A stretch of 64,000 nucleotides of DNA from Solirubrobacterales bacterium (GCA_038321325.1 JBBQEV010000002.1:26127-90126); one strand, 5' to 3'; counted from the stretch's first letter, positions 9,901-19,257 are shown. Notes: generated by a model from the sequence alone, not told the origin. Numbers and translations are program-made.

Positions 9901-10026
9901 GGCGTCGTAGCCGGCGTGCTCGGATGGCGAACTGGCGGTGACCTCCCCAAGCCAGCCGCCGGTCTCCACCAGCCACTTGACGATCAGCTGCTCGAACGCA
10001 GACTCGGTATGTGCAGCAGTCGACAT
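6973..10026 (-). CDS. hsdR: Type I restriction endonuclease subunit R
   Basis: DLVLFVNGLP..ELKN nuclease motif, QHSAGSGKS Walker A, DEAH, FTATP, QTGFD and QTLSRLNR; 1017 aa. Confidence 0.95.
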   Translation of the reverse strand: MSTAAHTESAFEQLIVKWLVETGGWLGEVTASSPSEHAGYDAELGLYPEDMAAFVRDTQGKAWDKLVALGGSEHIATVSLLKRAAAQMDRRGTVEVLRSGLTEKGVQLRLAYFEPDLEVEPTARVLYEANRLRIVRQVRFDAAKGDSLDLVLFVNGLPTATAELKNRWTGQTVDDAIRQYREDRPGANVLLGRRALVHFALDAELAYMTTRLDGTRTRFLPFNRGSNGAGQPGGAGNPADEAGGHPSSYVWRSVWERDSWMELLEKFVFVEAPAAGKAKKGRPATVFPRFHQWDVVRQCAAHARVHGAGHSYLIQHSAGSGKSKEIAWLAHDLSTLHGDDKKPVFEKVIVITDRQVLDRQLQAQVKAFEQVPGAVREINESSAQLREALEGEQARVIISTVQKFPFVLAQLVGKDSKLKDRTYAVIVDEAHSSQTGESAVDLKAVLGNRPVEEDEQEDGVPEVLRRLAARGVQPNLSFFAFTATPKPRTNEVFGTVGPDGNKHAFHTYSMRQAIEEDFIVDVLRNYTTYEELLRLEDRARKVVEIPKDKAGGVLARFAKFHPYLKAQKAVVVLDHYDNVVRAHMAGQAKAMVVTASREEAVQWKLALDKEITKRGSHSKTLVAFSGEVEITHPAAENLGEEYTEPTMNQVAGKPLPEKALPAEFEKPEYGVLIVAEKYQTGFDQPKLVAMYVDKKLSGVNTVQTLSRLNRTHPLKTETFILDFVNDAEQIRKDFEPFYGRTEAIPTDPNVLFDAQQKLLDGGVIYPAEVEAFAEAWFVEGGNPDHSVLSGRTQAAYDRAGDFEDDDLDELRDDLDRFVRFYSFLSQVAPYLTADSEKLFAFARYLAPRLRERRVDGGLSVDVSLSHYRLTEVATQALKLTGEDVEPGSAIGGDGTGRGPGGDIPMSLLAELVELFNQRFGGTLSDADAIHPAQALIDHIDREQAGTLRPQAATNEFDDFVRGKEPFVIDGALDAGQASADFFKGVLDDEDFRLRTTYLAMRVLYDRYRDEGSTTAAI

Positions 10027-10034
10027 CTGGTCCT

Positions 10035-10629
10035 CTAGTCGGTCGGTGTGGCCGAAGGTCCGGTTTCGCCGGCCTCGCGTAGGCGCTCGTCCATCTGTGA
10101 GTCCGAGACGGCTGTGACGTCGAGGCGTCCAGTGACCGCCTCGGTGATCAGCGCGTCGCGGTATCCGGCGAGACCGACGCGGAGCAAATCAGCGCACCGA
10201 GTGGCCGCTTCGATCGCGTCCCGTCTCGCCGAGGCGTTGGCGATGATCGCGCGCTGCTCGTCGAGCGGGAGGAAAGGAACGGGCAGGTCGCGGGCGACGA
10301 CGGTGTTGAGGCGAGCGCGAGTCGATCCTCGTGAAAGCAGCGGGGCTTCGTCGCGGGCGGGCCCAAACGACAGCGCCCAGGCGAGATAGTCGGCGTTGGC
10401 TCGATCATGGTCGACCCGAATGCGGTAGCAGTCGGCTTTGTGGATGGCGCCGGCGAGCGCCGAAGGCACGACGGCGCTGCGGCCCAACGGGTTCCCGGCG
10501 TCACCGAGCCCAGCCATCACGAGTTCGCCCTCGGCTACGCGGTGCTCCGCGAGTGCGCCTGAGGCGTATTCGTCGGCAACATACGCGGGCGCTTGGTCGC
10601 GGAACTGTGCGAGACCAATGTCGCCTAGA
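10035..10629 (-). pseudogene. hsdS: Type I specificity subunit, C-terminal part only
   Basis: PLDEQRAII...RDALITEAVTGRLDV is the conserved HsdS end. The 5' part ends at the IS terminal repeat. Confidence 0.85.
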
Positions 10630-11641
10630 GATGAGTGATTCCGTTGGTTGGAGCGGTTTAGTGGTCGTAGGCGGTGAGGTGGCGGCCGGGATCGCCGATG
10701 TTCCAGTTGTGCCAGAGCCCGGCGGCGAGCGCGAGCAGGCGTCCGGCGATGCGGGTCATCAGGCCGGGCATCGTGACGGCGCCGTGGTTCTCGAGGGAGA
10801 GTTGTCCCTTGAGCGTGTCGAACACCGATTCGATCCATTGGCGGATGCCGCCCAGGCTGCCGAAACGCGGCTGCTCGCCTTTGCGATCAGGGCGTCGGAA
10901 GATCGCGCCGAACTCGCTCATGAGCGCTTCGAATTCGGCGCCGGCGAAGCCTTTGTCGGCGATCACGGTGTAGCCGTGCAGGTCCACGCGGGCGAGCATC
11001 TCAGCGGCGACCTGGCGCTCGGGCGCGTTGGCGGGGGCGAGCTCGAAGGCGATCGGCATCCCGTCGCTTGCGCACAGCAGATACAGCCGGAAACCCCAGA
11101 AGTGGCGGCTGTGGCTGGCGCAGTAGCCGTAGGCGGCGTGCCCGACGAACTCCGAGCGCTTGACCGCCTCGCGCGACTGCCCGCATGGAACCGGCGTGGA
11201 GTCCAGCAACCTGACGTTGTCACACCACGACGGCGAGGCGTAGGAGATCGCGTTGAGCACGGTGACGATCTGCGGCGCCAGGCGGCGCATCCGCTTGTTG
11301 TAGCCGGGCTGCTTGGGCAGATAGGAGAACAGATGACCCAGCCGGGTCATCGCGAAGCGCAGAAACCGCCGCTCCGACGGGCAGTCAAGCAGGATCTGCG
11401 CGACCGCCAAGCAGACCAGCTCGGCGTCGGTGATCTGTGGGCGCTGGCCTGCACGCGTCCGGTTGGGCAGGAGATCGTCTGCCAGCACGTAAAGTGCCGT
11501 CAGAAGGGTGTCGAGATCGGCGGTCACGTAGACCACCTCCTTGGGATGGTCGGCGTTGGCAATAAGCACGCCGACCTTCGACACCCTTTCTATGTTCCCT
11601 CGAACCGTCCCGCGCGCCCGGCGCGAACGGAATCACTCATC
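10630..11641. mobile_element. IS982-family-like insertion sequence
   Basis: Perfect 16-bp terminal inverted repeats GATGAGTGATTCCGTT (10630-10645 and 11626-11641) with TAGA on both flanks; single DDE transposase. Confidence 0.9.
10658..11584 (-). CDS. IS982-family DDE transposase
   Basis: DAELVCLAV, LLDSTPVP, ADKGF and RQWIESVFDTLK. The true start is probably near VTADLDT (~11528). Confidence 0.9.
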   Translation of the reverse strand: MSKVGVLIANADHPKEVVYVTADLDTLLTALYVLADDLLPNRTRAGQRPQITDAELVCLAVAQILLDCPSERRFLRFAMTRLGHLFSYLPKQPGYNKRMRRLAPQIVTVLNAISYASPSWCDNVRLLDSTPVPCGQSREAVKRSEFVGHAAYGYCASHSRHFWGFRLYLLCASDGMPIAFELAPANAPERQVAAEMLARVDLHGYTVIADKGFAGAEFEALMSEFGAIFRRPDRKGEQPRFGSLGGIRQWIESVFDTLKGQLSLENHGAVTMPGLMTRIAGRLLALAAGLWHNWNIGDPGRHLTAYDH

Positions 11642-12468
11642 TAGAGCTTGCGGTAGCGGGCGTCGGCGATCGAGTACAGCGCGAAGCCGATCAGGCCGGC
11701 GGCGACGACCCCGAGCAGGACCGGCCCGTAGGGCTGCCGTGACACCTTGCTCAGCGCGCCGTCGAGGCCGATGGCGCTGCGCGCGTCGTAGGCGGCCGCG
11801 GCCTTGATGAGGCCGTAGCCCACCAGGCCGAAGACCACCATGCGGGCCAGATGCCCGAAGACGCCGAGCGCGGTGAAGGCCTGCCTGACCGCTCGGCTCA
11901 TCTGCCCGGTCTTGGAGTCCTTCAAGAACCGCTTGGAGACGCCCTTGTAGCCCTGGTAGAGCGCCACGCCGATCAGGACGGCTCCGACGGCGCCGATGAT
12001 GATCGGTCCCCCCGTCCAGGCCAGCACGCCCCCGGTGGTCGCCTTGGGGCTGTTCGAGCCGCCCCCGCTGCGCGCCCCGACCAGGATCTTCACCGCGGTG
12101 ACGCACAGCGCGGTGTACGCCAAGCCGCTGGCCACGCCGGCGACCCGCTCGAACCCGCCGTCCTCCTGCTGGGCGCCGTGCCCGATGCCGGCGCGCACGA
12201 GCCGCCACAGCGCGTACCCGGCGAGGCCGATCGCCATGGCGATCAAGAGCGCCTGGCCGAACGGCTGAGCGGCGATCGTCTTCAGCGCCCCGCGCTGGTT
12301 GGTCGCCTTGCCCCCCGATCCGGACGCGAGCTTCACGGCGAGAATCCCGATGATCCCGTAGGACACGCCCCGGGCGACGAGCCCGGCGCGTGCCAGCCAC
12401 GCGAACTCCGGCCGTCGGGCGACCCGCTCGCCGCCGCGCTGGGCACCGGCGACGGGGCTAGGACGCAT
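11641..12468 (-). CDS. DUF1206-type membrane protein
   Basis: ARAGLVARG, QPFG, GLAGYALWR and GLDGAL..QPYG..LL repeats. Confidence 0.85.
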   Translation of the reverse strand: MRPSPVAGAQRGGERVARRPEFAWLARAGLVARGVSYGIIGILAVKLASGSGGKATNQRGALKTIAAQPFGQALLIAMAIGLAGYALWRLVRAGIGHGAQQEDGGFERVAGVASGLAYTALCVTAVKILVGARSGGGSNSPKATTGGVLAWTGGPIIIGAVGAVLIGVALYQGYKGVSKRFLKDSKTGQMSRAVRQAFTALGVFGHLARMVVFGLVGYGLIKAAAAYDARSAIGLDGALSKVSRQPYGPVLLGVVAAGLIGFALYSIADARYRKL

Positions 12469-12529
12469 CGTCTCGGCGGCACGTCGGCCGACCTGACCCG
12501 ACCGGAGGGGAGCTGCTCATCCCATCGCC

Positions 12530-12635
12530 CTACCCGCCGGTGATTGGCCCGCAACCCGCGGGCCGCGAGCGGTCCCGAACGCCGGTGTGCGCTAGCGCAC
12601 ACGAGATACGGGTTTGGGCCGCCGACTCCGGGCAT
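12530..12635. promoter_or_regulatory. Divergent SigB/SigF-like promoters around an 18-bp perfect palindrome
   Basis: Plus strand GTTT-N14-GGGCAT (12612-12635); minus strand GTTG-N16-GGGTAG (12555-12530); palindrome GTGTGCGCTAGCGCACAC at 12585-12602. Confidence 0.5.
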
Positions 12636-12742
12636 ACTTCTAACAAGCGTCGAGGTAAGCAGTGCTTCTCGCGCTCACAACTTCGCCCGGGGCGGCATCA
12701 CGCCGGCCTCGGTCGCCCCTCACTTCGATCGGAGAGCCGAAT

Positions 12743-13765
12743 ATGAACGCATCACAGCAGAAGGTCGTCCAGTACCTCGGCGAGGCGCAGAGCAGCGAGT
12801 CCGCCCTCGTCCGCGTCCTTCAGTCCCAGATCGCGATGACCCCGCGGGGCACGTACCGCTCCGGCCTCGAGACGCACCTCGAGGAGACGCGCGATCACGC
12901 CGACCGCGTCGGACGCCGTCTCGAGGCGCTCGGTCAGGGCTCGAACCCGATCATGGCGGTCGTCGGCATGGCCGGCAGCGTCGTCGGGCAGGCCCTCGCC
13001 CTCACCAAGACGCCGCTCGACCTCGTGCGCGGCTCCGGCGGCGAGGAGAAGGTGCTCAAGAACGCCAAGGACGCCTACGCCTCAGAGGCCATGGAGATCG
13101 CCACCTACACGGCGATCGAGCGCCTCGCGAGCTCCGTCGGCGACGACGAGACCGCGAAGCTCGCGGCGTCGATCCTCGCCGACGAGGAGAAGATGGCCCA
13201 GCGCGTCCTGCGCGAGATCCCGAAGCTGACCGAGGCGGTCGTCCGCGCCGACGTCAAGGGCAAGCCGTCCTACGACGTCACCACGACCGGTGCCGCCGAC
13301 GTCCTCCGCGAGGCCGGTGCGGCGACCAAGGACGCCGCGCGCAAGACGAGCGCGACGACGAAGCGCACCGCACGCCAGGCCCGCAAGGTCCCCGGCGTCG
13401 CCCAGGCCGAGGGTCAGGTCAAGGGCGCCGTGGCCTCCGAGGGTGACCTCGCGATCGCGCGCTACGACACGCTGACCGCGGACGAGATCACGAGCAAGCT
13501 CACCGATCTCTCGCAGATCGACCTGGCCAAGGTCGACGCCTACGAGCGCAAGAACGAGAACCGCACCACGGTCCTCAGCCGCATCACCTCGCTGCGCGGC
13601 ACCGAGCCGTGGGCCGGGTACGACGAGCTGACGGCCAGCGAGGTCCAGTCCGCCCTGAACGCGGGCGACGACGACCTCGCCACCAAGGTGCGCACCTACG
13701 AGCGTGCGCACAAGAGCCGCGCCGGCGTCCTCAAGGCGGCCGAGCGCGAGCTCAGCAACGCCTGA
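12743..13765 (+). CDS. Ferritin-like DUF892 stress protein with two C-terminal YDxLTAxE repeats
   Basis: HLEETRDH, ASEAMEIATY and ILADEEKM; GGAGAG RBS. Confidence 0.85.
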   Translation: MNASQQKVVQYLGEAQSSESALVRVLQSQIAMTPRGTYRSGLETHLEETRDHADRVGRRLEALGQGSNPIMAVVGMAGSVVGQALALTKTPLDLVRGSGGEEKVLKNAKDAYASEAMEIATYTAIERLASSVGDDETAKLAASILADEEKMAQRVLREIPKLTEAVVRADVKGKPSYDVTTTGAADVLREAGAATKDAARKTSATTKRTARQARKVPGVAQAEGQVKGAVASEGDLAIARYDTLTADEITSKLTDLSQIDLAKVDAYERKNENRTTVLSRITSLRGTEPWAGYDELTASEVQSALNAGDDDLATKVRTYERAHKSRAGVLKAAERELSNA

Positions 13766-13859
13766 GCCGCGCACCAGGACGGGTCACCGACGGACCGCAG
13801 CACCGGAGGCCGGCAGAGACGCCGGCCTCCGTCGTCCCCATGATTCATCGACATCGGCC

Positions 13860-13902
13860 GAGTGCCCATGAGCACCCACCCCCTGAGCGCTCATGGGCGC
13901 TC
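13860..13902. repeat. Intergenic inverted repeat (14-bp stem)
   Basis: GAGTGCCCATGAGC ... GCTCATGGGCGCTC. Confidence 0.5.
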
Positions 13903-13955
13903 AAACGCGCTTGCGGGGTCCCGCCGTCCGCGGTCTGAGCCGTAACCTCTCCGGC

Positions 13956-15374
13956 GTGATCCCCAACGTCCTCGCCGCGCGCTACGCCAGCCCCGAGCTC
14001 GTGCGGCTCTGGTCGCCCGAGCAGAAGGTCGTCCTCGAACGGCGGCTGTGGATCGCCGTCCTCGGCGCCCAGCGCCACCTCGGCGTCGCCGTGCCCGACG
14101 GGGCGATCCAGGCCTACGAGCGCGTCGCCGAGCAGGTGGACCTCGCGTCGATCGCCGAGCGGGAGCGGGTCACCCGCCACGACCTCAAGGCGCGCATCGA
14201 GGAGTTCAACGCGCTCGCCGGGCACGAGCAGATCCACAAGGGGCTCACGAGCCGGGACCTCACCGAGAACGTCGAGCAGCTGCAGATCCGCCTCTCGCTC
14301 GAGCACGTCCGCGATCGGACGCTCGCGATCCTCGCCCGCCTGGCGCGCCGGGCGGCCGAGCACTCCGAGCTCGTCGTGGCCGGCCGCAGCCACAACGTCG
14401 CCGCGCAGGCCACGACGCTCGGCAAGCGCTTCGCCAGCGCCGCCGACGAGCTGCTCGTCGCCCGGGCGCGGCTGGAGGAGCTGCGCGAGCGCTACCCGCT
14501 GCGCGGCATCAAGGGCCCGGTCGGGACGGCGCAGGACATGCTCGACCTGCTCGGCGGCGACCCGGAGAAGCTCGCCGAGCTCGAGGGGCAGGTCGCACTC
14601 CATCTCGGTTTCGGCCAGACCCTCGACTCCGTCGGCCAGGTCTACCCGCGCTCCCTCGACCTCGACGTGCTCTCCGCGCTCGTGCAGCTCGCCGCGGCCC
14701 CCGCGTCGCTGGCCACGACGATCCGCCTGATGGCCGGCCACGAGCTCGCGACCGAGGGCTTCGCGCCCGGCCAGGTCGGCTCGTCGGCGATGCCGCACAA
14801 GATGAACACGCGCTCGGCCGAGCGCATCACCGGCCTCGCCGTGATCCTGCGCGGGTACCTCTCGATGGTCGCCGAGCTCGCGGGGGCGCAGTGGAACGAG
14901 GGCGACGTCTCGTGCTCGGTCGTCCGGCGGGTCGCCCTGCCCGACGCGTTCTTCGCGCTCGACGGGCTCTACGAGACGACGCTCACGGTCCTGGACGAGT
15001 TCGGCGCCTACCCCGCGGTCATCGCGCGCGAGCTCGACCGCTACCTGCCGTTCCTCGCGACCACCGCGGTGCTCACGGCCGCCGTCCGCGCCGGGGTCGG
15101 GCGGGAGACCGCGCACGCGGCGATCTCCGAGCACGCCGTCGCCGTCGCCCTGGCGATGCGTGAGCAGGGGCAGGCCGAGAACGACCTGATCGCCCGCCTC
15201 GCCGGCGATCCGCGGCTCTCCCTCCCGCCGGGGACCCTGGACGGGCTGCTCGACGACCCGCTCGCGTTCACGGGCGCGGCCACCGCGCAGGTCGCGCGTG
15301 TCGGCGCCCGCGTCGCCCGCCTGGTCGACCAGAAACCGGAGACGGCCGCCTACGTGCCCGGGGCGATTCTCTAG
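13956..15374 (+). CDS. purB: Adenylosuccinate lyase
   Basis: GSSAMPHKMN signature, TRHD and HKGLTSRD. Confidence 0.95.
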   Translation: MIPNVLAARYASPELVRLWSPEQKVVLERRLWIAVLGAQRHLGVAVPDGAIQAYERVAEQVDLASIAERERVTRHDLKARIEEFNALAGHEQIHKGLTSRDLTENVEQLQIRLSLEHVRDRTLAILARLARRAAEHSELVVAGRSHNVAAQATTLGKRFASAADELLVARARLEELRERYPLRGIKGPVGTAQDMLDLLGGDPEKLAELEGQVALHLGFGQTLDSVGQVYPRSLDLDVLSALVQLAAAPASLATTIRLMAGHELATEGFAPGQVGSSAMPHKMNTRSAERITGLAVILRGYLSMVAELAGAQWNEGDVSCSVVRRVALPDAFFALDGLYETTLTVLDEFGAYPAVIARELDRYLPFLATTAVLTAAVRAGVGRETAHAAISEHAVAVALAMREQGQAENDLIARLAGDPRLSLPPGTLDGLLDDPLAFTGAATAQVARVGARVARLVDQKPETAAYVPGAIL

Positions 15375-15423
15375 GAGCCCGGTAGCGTAGGCGCCACCCC
15401 CACTTGTCCGAAAGGCACCGTCC

Positions 15424-15933
15424 ATGAAGCGCCTCGCCGTCGCGACCGTCGCGATCGCCCTCGTTCTCCCGGCCGCGGCCGCGGGCCAGGACGACGCGGC
15501 ACCGGCACCGGACCCGTCCGTAACGGAGCCCTTCATGGCCTCCGCGACGGGGTCGGTCGTCGCCGGGCCGTCGGGGTCGTTCCTGCTCCTCGACGTCGAC
15601 GATGCCCCGGCGGGGGACGGCGCGGCGTCGCTGACCCTGCGGCCCACGCTGGGCGGGTCGCTCGCGCGGGGCACGGTCTACGACGCGGAGGGCTCGATCA
15701 AGCTGCGCTTCGTGTTCAAGGCCGGCGCGCCGGCGCCCGACGGGACCCGAACGCTCGCGGGCACGGGCACCTTCTTCGGTGGCTCGGGCGCCTACAAGCG
15801 CGCGCGGGGCAGGTTCACGGTCACCGGCAGCCGCTCGCCGGCGGGCGTGGACACGCTCGCCTTCGACGGGCGCGTCCGGCACGACAGGCCCGTCGAGGCG
15901 GCTCCGCCCAGCCGGTCCGCGCGGGGCCAGTAG
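15424..15933 (+). CDS. Secreted beta-rich hypothetical protein
   Basis: Signal peptide; GGSGAYKRARG resembles the motif of dirigent/allene-oxide-cyclase-like barrels. Confidence 0.6.
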   Translation: MKRLAVATVAIALVLPAAAAGQDDAAPAPDPSVTEPFMASATGSVVAGPSGSFLLLDVDDAPAGDGAASLTLRPTLGGSLARGTVYDAEGSIKLRFVFKAGAPAPDGTRTLAGTGTFFGGSGAYKRARGRFTVTGSRSPAGVDTLAFDGRVRHDRPVEAAPPSRSARGQ

Positions 15934-15948
15934 GGCCGGCGCGAGCGG

Positions 15949-18900
15949 ATGTCCTGCCCGGCCTGCGGGCACGCCAATCGCGCCGAGGCGCGGTTCTGCG
16001 AAAGCTGCGGCGCGCCGCAGGCGGCGCCCGCGTGCGGGGGGTGCGGCGCGACGCTGCGCACCGGGGCGCGCTTCTGCGACAGCTGTGGGATGCCCGTCGC
16101 GGTGGCCCGCACGCCGCCCGCGACGCTCGCCGCTCCGCTCCCGGGCACGACCGACCAGCGCAAGCGCATCACGGTGCTCTTCGCCGATCTCGCCGGCTCG
16201 ACGGCGATGCAGGAGCGGCTCGATCCCGAGACCGTGCGGCGTATCATGGGGCGCTGGGCGGAGGCGATGCGCGGCGCGATCGCGGCCCACGGCGGCCTCA
16301 TCGACCACTTCGCGGGGGACGGGATCGTCGCCACCTGGGGCAAGGAGCAGGTCCGTGAGGACGACGCGCTGCGCGGGGTGCGCGCGGCGTGGGCGATGCG
16401 CACGGCGATGGAGGCGATCAACGAAGAGCTCCAGGAGCGCTTCGACCAGCGCCTGCGGATGCGCACCGGCGTCCACACCGGCGACGTGGTCATCGGGGTG
16501 GAGGGCTTCATCGTGGGCGACACGATGAACACGGCCGCGCGCCTGGAGCAGAACGCTCCCGAGGGCGAGGTGCTCGTCGGGCCGGTGACCCAGCAGCTGG
16601 TCCGCGACCATGCCCGGCTGGAGTCCGTCGCGCCCGTCGCCGCCAAGGGCAAGCGCGAGCCGCTGCCCGCCTGGCGGGTGACGTCGCTCCAGGCGCCGGA
16701 CGCGCGCGACGCGGTGCCGTTCGTCGGTCGCGAGCGCGAGCTCGACTGCCTGCGCGGGGCCTACGCGGACGCGGTCGCCACGCGCCACTGCCGCGTCGCG
16801 GTCGTGATCGGCTCGCCGGGGATGGGCAAGTCGCGGCTGGTCGAGGAGTTCGCCGCCGGGATCGCGAGGGAGGCCCGGGTGGTGCGCGGCAGCTGCCCGT
16901 CCTACGGCGAGGGGATGACGTACCTCCCGGTGGCCGAGGTGCTGCGCGACCTCGCGCAGATCGGCGACGGGGACGACGTCGCCGAGAAGCTCCGGGCGCT
17001 CGTCGGGCCGGACGACCTGGAGGCCGACCGCGTCGTGGCGGGCCTCGCGGGGATCCTCGGGGCCGGCGAGCAGGCCCCCGCGCAGGAGACGTTCTGGGCG
17101 GTGCGCACGGTCCTCGAGCGCGCGGCCGCCGACCACCCGCACGTCGTGATCTTCGAGGACCTGCACTGGGCGGCGCCGCAGTTCCTCGACCTCGTCGAGC
17201 ACCTCGAGGCGTGGGGGGCGGGCGCGGCGGTGCTCGTCCTCGCCGTCGCCCGCCCCGAGCTGCGCGAGATGCGTGAGGAGCTCACCCGCCCGGGGGAGCG
17301 CGCGCTCGTCGAGCTCGACGCGTTGGCCGGCGCCGACGCGGAGCGGCTGGTCGCGGCGCTGCTCGAGGGGGCCAGCCTGCCGCCCCGCGTCCTGGACATC
17401 GCGGGCGGCAACCCGCTGTTCCTCGCCGAGCTCGTCCGGATGCTCGTCGACGACGGCACCATGGTGCGGCGGGACGGCGCCTGGGTGCTGACCGGCGAGG
17501 CCGAGCCGTCGATCCCGGCGTCGATCTCCGCGCTGCTCGCGGGACGGCTCAGTCGCCTGCCCGAAGCCGAGCGCGCGGTGATCGAGCGGGCGTCGGTGGT
17601 CGGGCGGCAGTTCTACCGCGGCGCGGTCGCCGAGCTCGTGCCGGCGCCCGTCGCCGCCGCGCTCGACACGCACCTCGAGACCCTGCGGCGCAAGGAGCTC
17701 GTCGGGCCTGCGGGCGCCTCGCTGACCGACGAGCCCCTCTTCCACTTCCACCATGCCCTGATCCGCGACGCGGCCTACGAGGGGCTGCTGAAGGAGGCCC
17801 GCGCGACGCTCCACGAGCGCTTCGCCGCGTGGCTGGACGGCAAGGCCGGGGATCTGGCCGGGGAGCAGGAGGAGGTCGTCGCCTTCCACCTCGAGTGCGC
17901 CCACGAGCTGCGCCTCGCGCTCGGCACGCGCGACGCGGCCGTGCAGGAGCTCGGCGACGCCGCGGCGGTACGGCTGGAGTCCGCGGGGCTGCGCGCCCTC
18001 GTCCGCGACGACTTCGCCGCGGCGGCCAACCTGCTCGGGCGCGCGCTGGCACGCGCCTCCGAGCCGCTGGCCCGCGTGCGCTTCGAGCGCGTGACGGCGC
18101 TGCACGGCGCCGGTGACGCGGCCGGCGCCGCGGCGGAGGTCGCGGCCCTCGAGGCGATGGGGGCCGAGCACGCGGAGATCGGGCCGGTCGCGGACGTGGC
18201 CGCGGTCGCCACGTCGCACCTCTTCGTGGGGACCGGGCAGACCGAACAGGGCCGGCTCGACCGGGCGATCACCGCCCTGCGGGAGGACGGCACGCAGGTC
18301 CGCGTCCTCGCCCACGCGCTCAACTGGAAGGGCACCTACCTCGTCCTGTCGGAGGGGCGCCACGCGGCCGGGCAGCTCCTGCTCGAGGAGGCGCTGGCCT
18401 GCGCGCGCGAGGGAGGCGACGTCCGGCTCGTGGCCGACGTGCTCTCGCTGCTCCCGCTCGTCGCGCTCTGGGGCCCCACGCCGCTCGTCGACGCCCAGGA
18501 CCGCTGTGAGGTCGTGCTCACCGAGCTTCGCGAGCACGCGGGCTCGCGCAAGATGGAGGCCCAGACGTTCTGCGTGCAGGGGCTGCTGGCGGCGATGCAG
18601 GATCGTGCCGGGGAGGCCGACGACCGGCTGGCGGCGGCCCGCGGCGCGTTCACCGAGCTCGGGCTCGCGCTGGACCTCGTCGACACGGACCTCTTCGAGG
18701 CCCGCGCGGCGCTGCTGCTCGGCCGGCCCGCCGCGGCCGAGGCGCATGCACGGCGCGCCCTGGCGGGGCCGGGGGGTCTCGGTGCGTCGGCGCAGTCGGT
18801 GCTCGCGCAGGCGCTCCTGGCCCAGGGGTCGCCCGAGGCGCTCGCGGTCGCCGACGCCGCGCTGGCGCAGGTCGGCCCCGAGAACCTGCGCCCGTTCGTC

Positions 18901-19152
18901 GCCGCCGCCGGGGTGCGCGCCCGGATCCAGTCGCAGGCCGGCGAGCATCGCGAGGCGATCGCGCTCGCGCAGCGGGCCGTCGACGCCGCGGCGGGCACCG
19001 ACGCCGCCGTCCAGCAGGCCGAGACGCTCGAGACGCTGGCCGCCGTCGTCGCCGCCTCGGGGGACGCGGCCGCCGCCGCTCCGGTCCGCGCGGCGGCGCT
19101 GGCCGCCTATCGCGCGAAGGGTCACACCGTGGGCGCCGCCCGCCTGGCGTGA
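15949..19152 (+). CDS. Class III nucleotide cyclase with double zinc ribbon, STAND/AAA ATPase and helical repeats
   Basis: Four CxxC pairs, FADLAGST, AGDG, GDTMNTAARLE, GSPGMGKS, EDLHWA and GGNPLF. Confidence 0.9.
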   Translation: MSCPACGHANRAEARFCESCGAPQAAPACGGCGATLRTGARFCDSCGMPVAVARTPPATLAAPLPGTTDQRKRITVLFADLAGSTAMQERLDPETVRRIMGRWAEAMRGAIAAHGGLIDHFAGDGIVATWGKEQVREDDALRGVRAAWAMRTAMEAINEELQERFDQRLRMRTGVHTGDVVIGVEGFIVGDTMNTAARLEQNAPEGEVLVGPVTQQLVRDHARLESVAPVAAKGKREPLPAWRVTSLQAPDARDAVPFVGRERELDCLRGAYADAVATRHCRVAVVIGSPGMGKSRLVEEFAAGIAREARVVRGSCPSYGEGMTYLPVAEVLRDLAQIGDGDDVAEKLRALVGPDDLEADRVVAGLAGILGAGEQAPAQETFWAVRTVLERAAADHPHVVIFEDLHWAAPQFLDLVEHLEAWGAGAAVLVLAVARPELREMREELTRPGERALVELDALAGADAERLVAALLEGASLPPRVLDIAGGNPLFLAELVRMLVDDGTMVRRDGAWVLTGEAEPSIPASISALLAGRLSRLPEAERAVIERASVVGRQFYRGAVAELVPAPVAAALDTHLETLRRKELVGPAGASLTDEPLFHFHHALIRDAAYEGLLKEARATLHERFAAWLDGKAGDLAGEQEEVVAFHLECAHELRLALGTRDAAVQELGDAAAVRLESAGLRALVRDDFAAAANLLGRALARASEPLARVRFERVTALHGAGDAAGAAAEVAALEAMGAEHAEIGPVADVAAVATSHLFVGTGQTEQGRLDRAITALREDGTQVRVLAHALNWKGTYLVLSEGRHAAGQLLLEEALACAREGGDVRLVADVLSLLPLVALWGPTPLVDAQDRCEVVLTELREHAGSRKMEAQTFCVQGLLAAMQDRAGEADDRLAAARGAFTELGLALDLVDTDLFEARAALLLGRPAAAEAHARRALAGPGGLGASAQSVLAQALLAQGSPEALAVADAALAQVGPENLRPFVAAAGVRARIQSQAGEHREAIALAQRAVDAAAGTDAAVQQAETLETLAAVVAASGDAAAAAPVRAAALAAYRAKGHTVGAARLA

Positions 19153-19257
19153 GCGCGCCGGGCCACTGCGGCGGCACGCCACAGCCGCTTGACAGCACGT
19201 CGAGCCGGGGTGAGAGTCGCGGCTCCTGCCCGTCCCAGTGCACCGAGGAGAGCGTCC

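Noticed and set aside
10630-10838. N-terminus of the predicted 267-aa HsdS ORF
   Set aside because: It is read through from IS sequence and is not HsdS.
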